Source: a virus (Duplodnaviria > Caudoviricetes). From it: DNA of 53,362 nt. The first letter of the stretch is position 1. Each line of letters begins with the position of its first letter. Location of the stretch: positions 1 to 53,362 of IMG/VR virus record IMGVR_UViG_3300035670_000279, one strand, 5' to 3'. The position numbers and the translations under genes are program-made. Below the pieces are notes generated by a model, which searched no databases, was not told the DNA's origin, and saw nothing but the letters and a program-made list of their open reading frames with translations. Shown piece after piece: positions 9,640 to 18,689 of this stretch.

Positions 9640-10539
9640 ATGCCTGTTTACAGTGCTATTGATTTATCACAGCTTCCTGAGCCTGCCGTGGTTGAAAATC
9701 TCGACTACGAGCAGATTTTCGCCCAGATGTTGGCCGATCTGCAGGCTCGCGATCCGGTGTTCACTGCGCTGGTGGAGAGTGACACCGCCTACAAGGTACT
9801 GGAGGTTGCGGCCTATCGTGAGCTCCTTATTCGCCGTCGCGTCAACGATGCGGCACTGGCAGTCATGCTGGCCTACGCCCAAAAATCTGACCTTGATCAG
9901 ATCGGCGCAAACTACAACGTTGCCCGCCTGGTGCTGGACCCTGGCGACCCTGGCGCCACGCCTCCGATCGATCCTACCTATGAGTTGGATGATGACTACC
10001 GTCGCCGAATCCAGCTCTCATTTGATGGTTATACCACTGCTGGCAGTTCCGCCTCGTACCTATTTCACGGACTCTCAGCGGCGCCAGACGTGAAGGATGT
10101 GCAGCCGGTTAGCCCCACCCCAGGAGTGGTTGTGGTCTACGTGCTTTCTCGCTCCGGGAATGGCGCTGCCTCACCGCAGCTGGTGGCAGAAGTGAGCGCC
10201 GCTCTGAACGCCGAAAATGTGCGGCCGATGACCGATCAGGTTGCCGTGCAAACGGCCACGATCGTCAACTACGCCATCACTGCCCAGCTGGTGATCTACC
10301 CAGGCCCGGATTCCACGGTAGTCCGCCAGGCCGCGCTTGATGCGGTCACCGCCTATGCCGACAGCCAGCACCGTTTGGGTTACGACGTGACCCTCTCTGG
10401 CATTTATCACGCCCTCCACCAGAGCGGCGTGCAGAACGTGGTCCTGACCTCCCCCACTGCCAACCTGTTGATCGGCGACGGCGAGGCCAGCTATTGCACA
10501 GCGATCACGCTTACGGTAGCGGGGGCGACCGATGTCTGA
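9640..10539 (+). CDS. Baseplate protein J
   Basis: IDLSQLPEP, AYRELLIRRRVNDAA and VRPMTDQV motifs. Confidence 0.95.
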   Translation: MPVYSAIDLSQLPEPAVVENLDYEQIFAQMLADLQARDPVFTALVESDTAYKVLEVAAYRELLIRRRVNDAALAVMLAYAQKSDLDQIGANYNVARLVLDPGDPGATPPIDPTYELDDDYRRRIQLSFDGYTTAGSSASYLFHGLSAAPDVKDVQPVSPTPGVVVVYVLSRSGNGAASPQLVAEVSAALNAENVRPMTDQVAVQTATIVNYAITAQLVIYPGPDSTVVRQAALDAVTAYADSQHRLGYDVTLSGIYHALHQSGVQNVVLTSPTANLLIGDGEASYCTAITLTVAGATDV

Positions 10540-11146
10540 TGACTTGCTGCCTGCCAATGCCACGCCTGCGGAGCGGGCGCTGTCGGTCACGATCTCCCGT
10601 GCTGCTTCTGTCCCAGTCCCTCTGCGAGACCTCTGGGATCCAGATAACTGCCCCATTGCCATCCTGCCTTGGCTTGCCTGGGCATTTTCTGTTGACGACT
10701 GGAGCTCTGATTGGTCCGAGCAACAGCAGCGGGCAGCCGTGAAGGAGTCCTATGCTGTTCATCGATACAAGGGGACGATCGGCAGCGTGAAGGACGCACT
10801 GAATGCGCTTGGGCTAGGTGTCCAGGTGCAGGAGTGGTTCAACATGATCCCGGCCGGTGCTCCATACACCTATCGGCTGCTGCTCGAGGTGAACCAGTAC
10901 GGCGTGAGCCTGGTGCAGCTGCAGAAGATCCAAAACGTGGTGGAGAACGCCAAGAACCTGCGATCGCACATGACCGATCTAGCGCTGACAGTGAAAGCAA
11001 AATCAGAGGTCTATGTGGGGGCGGTTTCACTGTCCGGGCACAATATATCGTTTTCCGCGCCTGCCGGTGCTCTGCTTATTGATGGGTCATGGATCCTTGA
11101 TGGCAGTGAGCAGCTAAACGGATTGAAGAACATTACTGGAGTATGA
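10532..11146 (+). CDS. Baseplate/tail protein I (P2 gpI-like)
   Basis: LLPANAT, LWDPDNCP, LPWLAWAFSVDDW and HRYKGT motifs; extra C-terminal LLIDGSWILDG segment. Confidence 0.92.
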   Translation: MSDDLLPANATPAERALSVTISRAASVPVPLRDLWDPDNCPIAILPWLAWAFSVDDWSSDWSEQQQRAAVKESYAVHRYKGTIGSVKDALNALGLGVQVQEWFNMIPAGAPYTYRLLLEVNQYGVSLVQLQKIQNVVENAKNLRSHMTDLALTVKAKSEVYVGAVSLSGHNISFSAPAGALLIDGSWILDGSEQLNGLKNITGV

Positions 11147-11147
11147 C

Positions 11148-13001
11148 ATGTCTGATTTTGATGGAAACCTTACACCTGCCGGCAGCTGGGAAGACGTTCC
11201 CCAGCTGAGTGTATTGGCTGTCGCGCTTGGAGGTGCTGGTGGACCTATGAACGCACAGGCTGTAGCCCTGACTGCGCGCACCGAGAAGCTGAAAACGGAT
11301 ATGGCCAGCTTAACTGATAAGGTTGGCGGGGCACTCTATGCTGCCATCCGTGCGTATAACGGCACCGCAGATCGCATCTACTGTCTCGGCCGTACTTCCA
11401 TGTTCGACGGTGCGCACGGCTGGTTCAAGCGCATCGCAACATCCAAGGCCGACAATGATGGCGTCTATCTTGTGGACGCTCAGGGGCGTACCTGGGAGCG
11501 TGAAAACAACGAGGTGGTGAACCCGGTCTGGTTCGGGGCGCTCCCGCTGGGCGGCGGAGATTCACTTCCTGCACTGACGGCGGCAACCAATTTCGCGCGC
11601 ACAAGGGGAGGCCTTGTCCCGCCCATCATCCGTGTGCCTGGTGGCAACTACACCATTAACGGCATGTGGGAGATCTTCGATTTCGCGCTGGCTACCATAA
11701 TTTTTGACGGGTGCCATTTTAGCGGCGTGTCATCAGCTGCACTGGATGCCGTTGTGCGCATCAACAACGCCAGCAACCTGAAAATCGTTGGTGGCGCTAC
11801 GGTAAGCGCCAACTACTTGGCCAACTACGCTTCCGCATTCGCGGTAATCGCGTCACCTGGTGGACTTATCAAACCCGACACAGGCATCGTATCCCATGTG
11901 GATGTTTTCGGTGTCACAGCAAAGGAAGCGAAAGTCGGTTTCAAGAACGGCAGAAAAGACCTAGATGCCCAGATCGCAGAACTGCAGTACCACGGATGTG
12001 AAACAATAGCCTGCCCTGTGTCCGTCTACAACGGTGGATCGCAGACTGGTGCGACCTACGTTGGCTGCACCCTGGCCTCCGCACCTGGCACATTTGCGTT
12101 GACGTCCAGGTTCCGCGTATTTGATATGGATGGCGGCCTTGTGCAAATGGTTGGTGGTGAGCTTATCAACTCTGGCGTTCCAGTTGGTACTTCTGACCAC
12201 TTTGGCATTGAGTTTAAGCCTGCGCAAAGCGCTGCATACGGCAACCCGTTCGGAACACTAAAATTAAGTGGCGTTCACATAGAGCTGACATCACCGCTTC
12301 TCTCTGTTGGGTCTGGCGCTACACCCGGATCGCTAAAATCAGTTGACGCAAATGTAAGCATAAGCAACTGCGGCGGCTTCGTTGAACAGGCGGACGGGCA
12401 GGCTTTTGCGTCAATTTTTGAACCGAGTTTTGCTGGTAAAATATCGATAGATGGGAACTGCAATTTCTATACAACCCAAACAAGAACCGGTCACAATGTA
12501 GACGCAAGCGCTGCCCCATCCTGCAAAATAGAAATTGGTCGCACCGCATTTGGGGCCGGTTTTAAGGACTGGATGGGCGGCTGTGTTGGCGGGATTCTAT
12601 ACCACCCCTTACTCCCTGTGGCTGTCGCTACCGGAACCGGCCAATCATTCCCTGCTGGCACCGCCACCATTGTCAAACTGGAAGCACTGTCTGGGTCATC
12701 GGGAATGTCCAGGTACGGCGTATATTCCTCGGCTACTGGCGAGATAACTATTCCCAAGGGGTGCCGAAACCTGAATATCAGGTTTTACGCGCAGGGTCTC
12801 GGTTTTACTGGTGACATATTCGTGCGCAAGAATGGCTCTGGCGTTGCGCAATTAGGCGCTGTAGGCTCAACTGGTGTAATTAATCTTGACTTCAACGAAG
12901 TCGCGCCTACCAATGGCGATAAGTACACCCTGATTATGCAGCCTACAACTGGCCCGATCACGCTGGCCGGTGCCAAGATGATTGTCTGCATGGAGTTCTG
13001 A
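11148..13001 (+). CDS. Tailspike/receptor-binding protein, probable beta-helix depolymerase
   Basis: Fibre-type N-terminal anchor (WEDVPQL..ALGGAGGPMNAQAVALTART); VNPVWFGA..GDSLPAL cap typical of pectate-lyase-like spikes; more AT-rich than neighbours. Confidence 0.75.
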   Translation: MSDFDGNLTPAGSWEDVPQLSVLAVALGGAGGPMNAQAVALTARTEKLKTDMASLTDKVGGALYAAIRAYNGTADRIYCLGRTSMFDGAHGWFKRIATSKADNDGVYLVDAQGRTWERENNEVVNPVWFGALPLGGGDSLPALTAATNFARTRGGLVPPIIRVPGGNYTINGMWEIFDFALATIIFDGCHFSGVSSAALDAVVRINNASNLKIVGGATVSANYLANYASAFAVIASPGGLIKPDTGIVSHVDVFGVTAKEAKVGFKNGRKDLDAQIAELQYHGCETIACPVSVYNGGSQTGATYVGCTLASAPGTFALTSRFRVFDMDGGLVQMVGGELINSGVPVGTSDHFGIEFKPAQSAAYGNPFGTLKLSGVHIELTSPLLSVGSGATPGSLKSVDANVSISNCGGFVEQADGQAFASIFEPSFAGKISIDGNCNFYTTQTRTGHNVDASAAPSCKIEIGRTAFGAGFKDWMGGCVGGILYHPLLPVAVATGTGQSFPAGTATIVKLEALSGSSGMSRYGVYSSATGEITIPKGCRNLNIRFYAQGLGFTGDIFVRKNGSGVAQLGAVGSTGVINLDFNEVAPTNGDKYTLIMQPTTGPITLAGAKMIVCMEF

Positions 13002-13003
13002 CC

Positions 13004-14344
13004 ATGGCATATAAAGTAATTCATACCTCGCTTGGGCTTGCTCTGCTTGCTCAGGCAAAGGCTACCGGGACGCCTATCAACCTTACTGAGGTAGCAGTGG
13101 GCGATGGCAATGGTAACCCGGTAACGCCGAGTGAAGGACAGACCAACCTAGTGCGGGAGCGGTTCCGCACCCAGGTGAATACTGTCTACCAGAGCCAAGA
13201 CAACCCGACCATGTACATCGTTGAGGCTATTATCCCGGCCTCCACCGGTGGCTTCGTCATGCGCGAGGTGGGCGTTTTCGATGCGAACGGCAACCTGTTC
13301 GTTGTCGGCAATCTTCCTGACACCACCAAGCCGACAGACGGCGATGGCGCGTTTTCTGATACCGTGATCCAGATCCCGTTCGTGGTGAACAACGCGGCGG
13401 AAATCACGCTGATGGTTGACCCCAACGTGGTGGTTTCCACCCGCCAGTGGATCCTGAACACCATCACCGTCTGTCACCTGCTTCCTGGTGGTACCACTGG
13501 CCAGATCCTGACCAAGAAGTCGAACGCATGCGGTGATGCCGAATGGAAAGACCCCACCGATGTGAATGTCACAGTTTCCAGCATCGAGGAAACCCAGACG
13601 CTGGCAGCCTCGCAGACCGTGGTCGACTGGGCTTTAGTCAACAACACCGGGCTGGCCGTCTACATTGAGGGCGTGCGCCTACGCGCTGACCAGTGGACCA
13701 AGCACCCGACCATCAATACCAGGATAACGTTGGCGACCACCTACCCAGTAGGCACCAAGATCGTGGGCACCCAGAACGAGCCAGCAGGCACCCTGCCTGA
13801 CCCGCTGGTGAAGGGTCAGAACTTGGCAGACGTGCCTGACAAGGCAATTGGCCGGACGAACCTTGATGTATTCAGCAAGAACGAAACCAGGCAGATGGCG
13901 CCTGCCGGTCTGGTGGCTGGCTTCGCTCGTACCACCGCGCCTTCTGGGTGGTTAAAGTGCAATGGTGCAGCGGTGAACCGCGTCGCCTATTCCGATCTGT
14001 TCGCGGCAATAGGAACCATCTACGGCGCCGGAGACGGCTTCAACACCTTCAACTTGCCTGATTTTCGCGGCGAGTTCCCGCGTTTCCTGGATGATGGGCG
14101 TGGGGTGGACGCTGGGCGCGTGCTCGGCTCTTGGCAGGCGGATATGATCAAGTCGCATGAACATGACCTTCCGACCGAAACTGCGATCGCTGGCAATCGC
14201 GCTGTTTTGAAGGACGCCGGTTTTAACATCAGCACTCCGAACAACTCTGCGCCAACCACCGGCTATCGCGCTTATACCTACGAGACCGGCGGCGTGGAAA
14301 ACAGGCCGCGCAACGTGGTCCTGCTGGCCTGCATCAAGTTCTAA
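13004..14344 (+). CDS. Tail fibre protein (P2 gpH-like N-terminus) with tail collar domain
   Basis: AVGDGNG and GGFVMREVG motifs; collar APSGWLKCNGAAVNRVAYSDLFAAIGT..FNLPDFRGEF; ENRPRN end. Confidence 0.92.
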   Translation: MAYKVIHTSLGLALLAQAKATGTPINLTEVAVGDGNGNPVTPSEGQTNLVRERFRTQVNTVYQSQDNPTMYIVEAIIPASTGGFVMREVGVFDANGNLFVVGNLPDTTKPTDGDGAFSDTVIQIPFVVNNAAEITLMVDPNVVVSTRQWILNTITVCHLLPGGTTGQILTKKSNACGDAEWKDPTDVNVTVSSIEETQTLAASQTVVDWALVNNTGLAVYIEGVRLRADQWTKHPTINTRITLATTYPVGTKIVGTQNEPAGTLPDPLVKGQNLADVPDKAIGRTNLDVFSKNETRQMAPAGLVAGFARTTAPSGWLKCNGAAVNRVAYSDLFAAIGTIYGAGDGFNTFNLPDFRGEFPRFLDDGRGVDAGRVLGSWQADMIKSHEHDLPTETAIAGNRAVLKDAGFNISTPNNSAPTTGYRAYTYETGGVENRPRNVVLLACIKF

Positions 14345-14353
14345 GGGGGAGAC

Positions 14354-14656
14354 GTGAGCGAAACAAAACCTTGCTACCAGTTCAACCACGCAGGCCTGCT
14401 GCTTGGCGAGACAGTCGCCGATCAATCTCCGCTCGAGCCTGGCGTGTTCCTGCTGCCGGCCGGCTGCACATTCACATCACCTCCTGCCGAAGTGCCTGAT
14501 GGGAAGTGGCCGCGCTGGAACGGCCATGTCTGGGATCTGGTGACCAAGCCGGTACCTGCCAGTGACAACACTGATCCTGTCGCCAAGCTGCAGGCGTTCC
14601 TGGCCGCCAACCCCGACGTTGCGGCTATCATCAACGATGGAGGCGCCAATGTATGA
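14354..14656 (+). CDS. Tail fibre assembly-like protein
   Basis: ADQSPLEPGVFLLPAGCT and PRWNG motifs directly after the fibre gene. Confidence 0.7.
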   Translation: MSETKPCYQFNHAGLLLGETVADQSPLEPGVFLLPAGCTFTSPPAEVPDGKWPRWNGHVWDLVTKPVPASDNTDPVAKLQAFLAANPDVAAIINDGGANV

Positions 14657-15354
14657 GTCGAGTCCTAGACCTTTGGGCCGGCATGACCGGCACTGTTCTG
14701 CCCTTTGCTGGCGCTTCTGCGCCGACTGACTGGCTGCTCTGCTACGGGCAGGCCGTCAGCCGGACTACTTACGCCAACCTGTTTGCCGTCATCGGCACCA
14801 CCTACGGGGCTGGGGATGGGTCCACCACCTTCAACGTCCCAGATCTGCGCGGGCGGGTGGCTGCCGGCAAAGAGAACATGGGAGGCACTGCTGCTAACCG
14901 GCTGCAGGTATCCACCACGATCACAACGACGGCCGGCAGCGCGACGGCCACTGTGGCCTCTGCCGCGGGACTGGCGGAAGGGATGGCGGTTAACGCCAGC
15001 ACAGTCCCTGCTGGCGTGACGATCTCGGCGATCAGCGGAACCACCATTACGCTTTCGACCGGAACCGGAGTCACAGCCGGTACCGCTACGGCTGCCCGCT
15101 TCTCCCCGATCGGGGATCCGCAATCTCTGGGCCAGACTGGCGGCGCTCAGACACACACCCTGACCACGCCGCAGATGCCAAGTCACAACCACTCCCTCGG
15201 TGGCAGCTACAACACCAACCGGGCAACTAGTTCTGGCGGCAGTGAAGCTATTCTGTCTCAGCTTACTGCGACTAACACAAGCAGTACTGGAGGCGGGCAG
15301 GCGCACCCCAACGTTCAACCGACTATCGTTCTGAACTCAATCATCAAGACGTAA
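14653..15354 (+). CDS. Short tail fibre/collar-domain protein
   Basis: GTVLPFAG..WLLCYGQAVSRTTYANLFAVIGTTYG..FNVPDLRGR; MPSHNH; HPNVQP. Confidence 0.88.
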   Translation: MSRVLDLWAGMTGTVLPFAGASAPTDWLLCYGQAVSRTTYANLFAVIGTTYGAGDGSTTFNVPDLRGRVAAGKENMGGTAANRLQVSTTITTTAGSATATVASAAGLAEGMAVNASTVPAGVTISAISGTTITLSTGTGVTAGTATAARFSPIGDPQSLGQTGGAQTHTLTTPQMPSHNHSLGGSYNTNRATSSGGSEAILSQLTATNTSSTGGGQAHPNVQPTIVLNSIIKT

Positions 15355-15360
15355 AATAAT

Positions 15361-15393
15361 AGCCCGCATCAAAACGGATGCGGGCTTTGCTTT
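15361..15393 (+). terminator. Probable terminator
   Basis: AGCCCGCATC...GATGCGGGCT hairpin followed by a T-rich tail. Confidence 0.6.
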
Positions 15394-15446
15394 GCGGCGA
15401 TATACTACTGATCGCATAGTGTCAAACTATTATCGAGGACAATGAA

Positions 15447-16961
15447 ATGCCCGAGACTTTTCTGCACGGCGTCGAGGTAGTCGAGATTAACGACGGCCCG
15501 CGCCCGATTCAAACCGTCCGGTCCGGTATTATCGGGGTTTGCGGTACGGCCCCCGACTCCCAGCAGGAAGTCAAGGCCACGCTGCTGACTGGTGCTGTCG
15601 GATCCAACAATGCACAGACCTGGACCTCCAAGCTTGCAGGCGCGCTGGGCAACCAGATCTCCCTCAAGCTGGTTGACCCCAAGGCCAACAACGCCGCTCT
15701 GTCGATCTCCGTATCGAACCGCGACATCACGGTTAAGCTGGCCACCGGCTCTACCGGCGCGATCACCACCACGGCAACCGCCCTGGCTACCGCTATCGCC
15801 GCTCACGACGATGCCAAAGAGCTGGTGACCGTTGCCAACACTGGCGCATCCACTGGCGCTGGCGTGCTTGCTGCCCTGCGGATGACCTACCTCGCCGGCG
15901 GTATCGACGAGGCGTTCCCGCTGAACACTCCGGTTCTGGTGGCTGGCAACCAGGCCCAGGCTGCTCTGCTCGGCGCTGCCGGCACGTTGCCCAAAGCCAT
16001 GAACGGGATCTTCGACCAGACTGGCGCTGTGGTAATCGTGGTGCGAGTGGAAGAAGGAAACACCGAATCCGCCACCATCACCAACATCATCGGCGGGGTG
16101 GACTCCGGCACCGGCAAGTACACGGGTGTTTACGCCTTCCTGGGCGCCGAGTCCGTCGTCGGCTTCTGCCCGCGAATCCTGTGCGCCCCCGGTTGGACCC
16201 ATCAGCGCACCACTACCGCCAACAGCGTCGTGGCGGAGCTGGTAGGTATCGCCGAACGGCTGCGCGCTGTGATCATCGCGGATGGCCCGAATTCCTCCGA
16301 CGCGGCAGCTATCACCTACCGTGGCGACTGGGGCAGCAAGCGGGTGTACGTGGTCGATCCGTGGGTGCAGGTGCGCAACGACTCCGGCGACATCACCAAC
16401 GAGCCGGCTTCCGCCCGCGTGGCAGGACTGATCGCCAAGATCGACAACACGCTCGGATTCTGGTGGTCTCCGTCCAACCAGGCGATCAACGGCATCGTGG
16501 GCACGTCCCGCCCTGTCGACTTCACCTTGGGGGATGCCAACTCCCGTGCCAACCTGCTGAACGAGCAGGAAGTGGCTACCATCATCCGTCAGAATGGTTT
16601 CCTGCTGTGGGGTAACCGGACCTGCTCTGACGATCCAAAGTGGGCGTTCCTGTCGGTCGTGCGTACCGCCGACATGATCAATGATTCGATCCTGCGCGCG
16701 CACATGTGGGCGGTGGACCGCAATATCACCCGTACCTACCTGGACGACGTGACCCAGGGGGTGAACGATTACCTGGCCTCTCTGCAGGCGCAGGGCGCGA
16801 TCCTGGGTGGTGTCTGCTACCCGACTCCGGACCTGAACACCCCGGCCAACATTGCGCAGGGCAAGGTGTTCTTCGACTTCGACTTCACCCCGCCGTACCC
16901 GGCCGAGCACGTCACCTTCCGCTCGAAACTGGTGAACACTTACATCGAAGAGATCCTCTGA
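15447..16961 (+). CDS. Contractile tail sheath protein (P2 FI-like)
   Basis: FLHGVEVVEI, PRILCAPG, GFWWSPSN and LWGNRT motifs. Confidence 0.97.
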   Translation: MPETFLHGVEVVEINDGPRPIQTVRSGIIGVCGTAPDSQQEVKATLLTGAVGSNNAQTWTSKLAGALGNQISLKLVDPKANNAALSISVSNRDITVKLATGSTGAITTTATALATAIAAHDDAKELVTVANTGASTGAGVLAALRMTYLAGGIDEAFPLNTPVLVAGNQAQAALLGAAGTLPKAMNGIFDQTGAVVIVVRVEEGNTESATITNIIGGVDSGTGKYTGVYAFLGAESVVGFCPRILCAPGWTHQRTTTANSVVAELVGIAERLRAVIIADGPNSSDAAAITYRGDWGSKRVYVVDPWVQVRNDSGDITNEPASARVAGLIAKIDNTLGFWWSPSNQAINGIVGTSRPVDFTLGDANSRANLLNEQEVATIIRQNGFLLWGNRTCSDDPKWAFLSVVRTADMINDSILRAHMWAVDRNITRTYLDDVTQGVNDYLASLQAQGAILGGVCYPTPDLNTPANIAQGKVFFDFDFTPPYPAEHVTFRSKLVNTYIEEIL

Positions 16962-16982
16962 CGCACATTTTCAAACCAACTG

Positions 16983-17008
16983 AAAGGCCCTCATCAGAGG
17001 GCCTTTTT
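16983..17008. terminator. Bidirectional terminator between sheath and the convergent HNH gene
   Basis: AAAGGCCCTC-ATCA-GAGGGCCTTTTT. Confidence 0.7.
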
Positions 17009-17621
17009 ATTTCAGCCATTCCATGCATTCAGTCAGAATCATTCTATTATGCTTCTCCATGTTCATGGCTGCTGGAATAACCTGCAGATTTCCAGCCACA
17101 TGAAGGCCAGACGCTTTCTTTCCCAGCAGCGGAATCATATGATCAACATGCCATTTGATGCCGGTGGCATCACCTCGCTCTGAGGCCAACGTAAGCGCCT
17201 CACAAAATACGAATTCATCAAGCTCTCCATGCCATAATGGAGTGCGCGATTTTTTATTTATCTTCCGGCGGCGGGCTCCGACTTTTCCTGGCTCTGGATT
17301 TTTAGCATAGCGCTTGCGTCCGTCCTGTCTGCTTGCATTTACATCTACCCAGTATCTAGCCTTGTTTCGTGCTCGCGCTTTATCCAGGTTGTTTGCATAC
17401 CATTCAGCAGCCCTGGCTCGCTCCCTCTCCCTATTCTTTGCGCAGTTCATCCTATTCCGCTCTTTGTTATGCTCGTGCTTGTAATAGTAGATAAGCCGGT
17501 GGCATTCGACGCATGTGGCATTATTGGTAAATCTTTCCGCCACATGGCCTTTCTTGCATGGCTTTCCAGTGAAGTATCTTGGCGCCCCTGCTGCAAAGGC
17601 TGACGATCTATTTGCGTGCAT
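17007..17621 (-). CDS. Free-standing HNH homing-type endonuclease
   Basis: N-terminal YFTGKPCKKGH..CVEC zinc motif; C-terminal WHVDHMIPL..GLHVAGNLQVI..N..K HNH motif; AT-rich; antisense within the tail operon. Confidence 0.85.
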   Translation of the reverse strand: MHANRSSAFAAGAPRYFTGKPCKKGHVAERFTNNATCVECHRLIYYYKHEHNKERNRMNCAKNRERERARAAEWYANNLDKARARNKARYWVDVNASRQDGRKRYAKNPEPGKVGARRRKINKKSRTPLWHGELDEFVFCEALTLASERGDATGIKWHVDHMIPLLGKKASGLHVAGNLQVIPAAMNMEKHNRMILTECMEWLK

Positions 17622-17728
17622 AAATTCATCTACGCTGATGGTTTTTTGACATCGTACCGAATGTTTTGACTATGGCGCAAGCGTGATATGCTTACTTGGT
17701 GTGCACACTCAAATCGAGGTAAAAGAAT

Positions 17729-18229
17729 ATGCTCCCGAGAGTATTGAAGGGCTGGGCGGTCTACATCGACGGCCGCGGCTACATTGGACGAGCCGAAACT
17801 GCTAAGCTGCCGGATCTCAACGTACAGACCGACGAATATCGCGGCTCCGGTATGGATGCCGCCGTCGATCTGGATATGGGCATGGAAAAGCTCGACGGCA
17901 CTTTCACCCTGGCGGATTACGACCCCGAGGTGATCAAGCTGTTCGGCCTGTTCTCGGCCAACACTCAGATCGTGCTGCGCGGCGCTATCCAGCGCCAGGG
18001 CGAGCAGGCGGTGCCGGTCGAGGTGCGCATGCAGGGCGGGGTTAAGAGCCTTGCCCGCGGTGACTGGCAGCAGGGCCAGCGCTCCTCGATCGATGTTGGC
18101 TACAACGCCAACCGCTATTCCGAGAAGATCGCCGGCGAAACCGTCGTCGATATCGACATCATCAACATGAAGCGCGTGATCGGCGGTGTGGACCAACTGC
18201 AGTCCATGCGCTCCGCTCTCGGCGCTTGA
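17729..18229 (+). CDS. Tail tube protein (P2 FII-like)
   Basis: MLPRVLK, EYRGSGMD and IDIINM..GGVDQL motifs. Confidence 0.95.
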   Translation: MLPRVLKGWAVYIDGRGYIGRAETAKLPDLNVQTDEYRGSGMDAAVDLDMGMEKLDGTFTLADYDPEVIKLFGLFSANTQIVLRGAIQRQGEQAVPVEVRMQGGVKSLARGDWQQGQRSSIDVGYNANRYSEKIAGETVVDIDIINMKRVIGGVDQLQSMRSALGA

Positions 18230-18241
18230 TAGGAGAATACC

Positions 18242-18535
18242 GTGTCCGAAGCACTCAACCTGACCGTAAAACTGCTCAAGCCCGTCTCCCTGGACGGACA
18301 GGAGTTCGCCGAGCTGACCCTGCGCGAGCTGACCGTGGACGAGATCATCGCCCATGAGAAATCGCATGGCCCCAAAGTTCCCTCCGAGAACGACAAGCAT
18401 TTTTTCGCTCTGTCCTGCGGGGTGCCGCCGGAGCTGATAGGTAAGCTCGGCAGCCGCGACTGGCAGCGCCTCAAGCAGCGCCACTGGGACGCCTTGGGAA
18501 ACGTCGGGATGTCGGAGTCAGAACCTGCCGAATAA
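18242..18535 (+). CDS. Tail assembly chaperone (gpE-like)
   Basis: LTLRELTV motif; lies between tube and tape measure genes. Confidence 0.85.
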   Translation: MSEALNLTVKLLKPVSLDGQEFAELTLRELTVDEIIAHEKSHGPKVPSENDKHFFALSCGVPPELIGKLGSRDWQRLKQRHWDALGNVGMSESEPAE

Positions 18536-18651
18536 TGGTGGATGCCCTGGTGGCCCTTGGGTACCCGCCGGACTGGCTCCTGCGCCAGACCTACTCCGAG
18601 CTGGTGGAGTGGTCCAAGGTTGCGATTGACCGCTCAACCAGCGAAAATTGA
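18496..18651 (+). CDS. -1 frameshift extension of the tail chaperone (gpE'/gpGT-like)
   Basis: Slippery heptamer G GGA AAC at 18496-18502 in the correct phase; -1 frame open to TGA at 18649-18651, encoding GYPPDWLLRQTYSELVEW. Confidence 0.75.
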   Translation, partial: GKRRDVGVRTCRIMVDALVALGYPPDWLLRQTYSELVEWSKVAIDRSTSEN

Positions 18652-18689
18652 AAGGGGCCGAGCGCCCCTTTTTTCATAGGTGATTGCCG

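Noticed and set aside
13890..14870. Two similar collar-domain segments as a possible DGR or invertible fibre system
   Set aside because: No reverse transcriptase or invertase gene, no adenine-specific mismatch pattern and no inverted repeats; ordinary paralogy.
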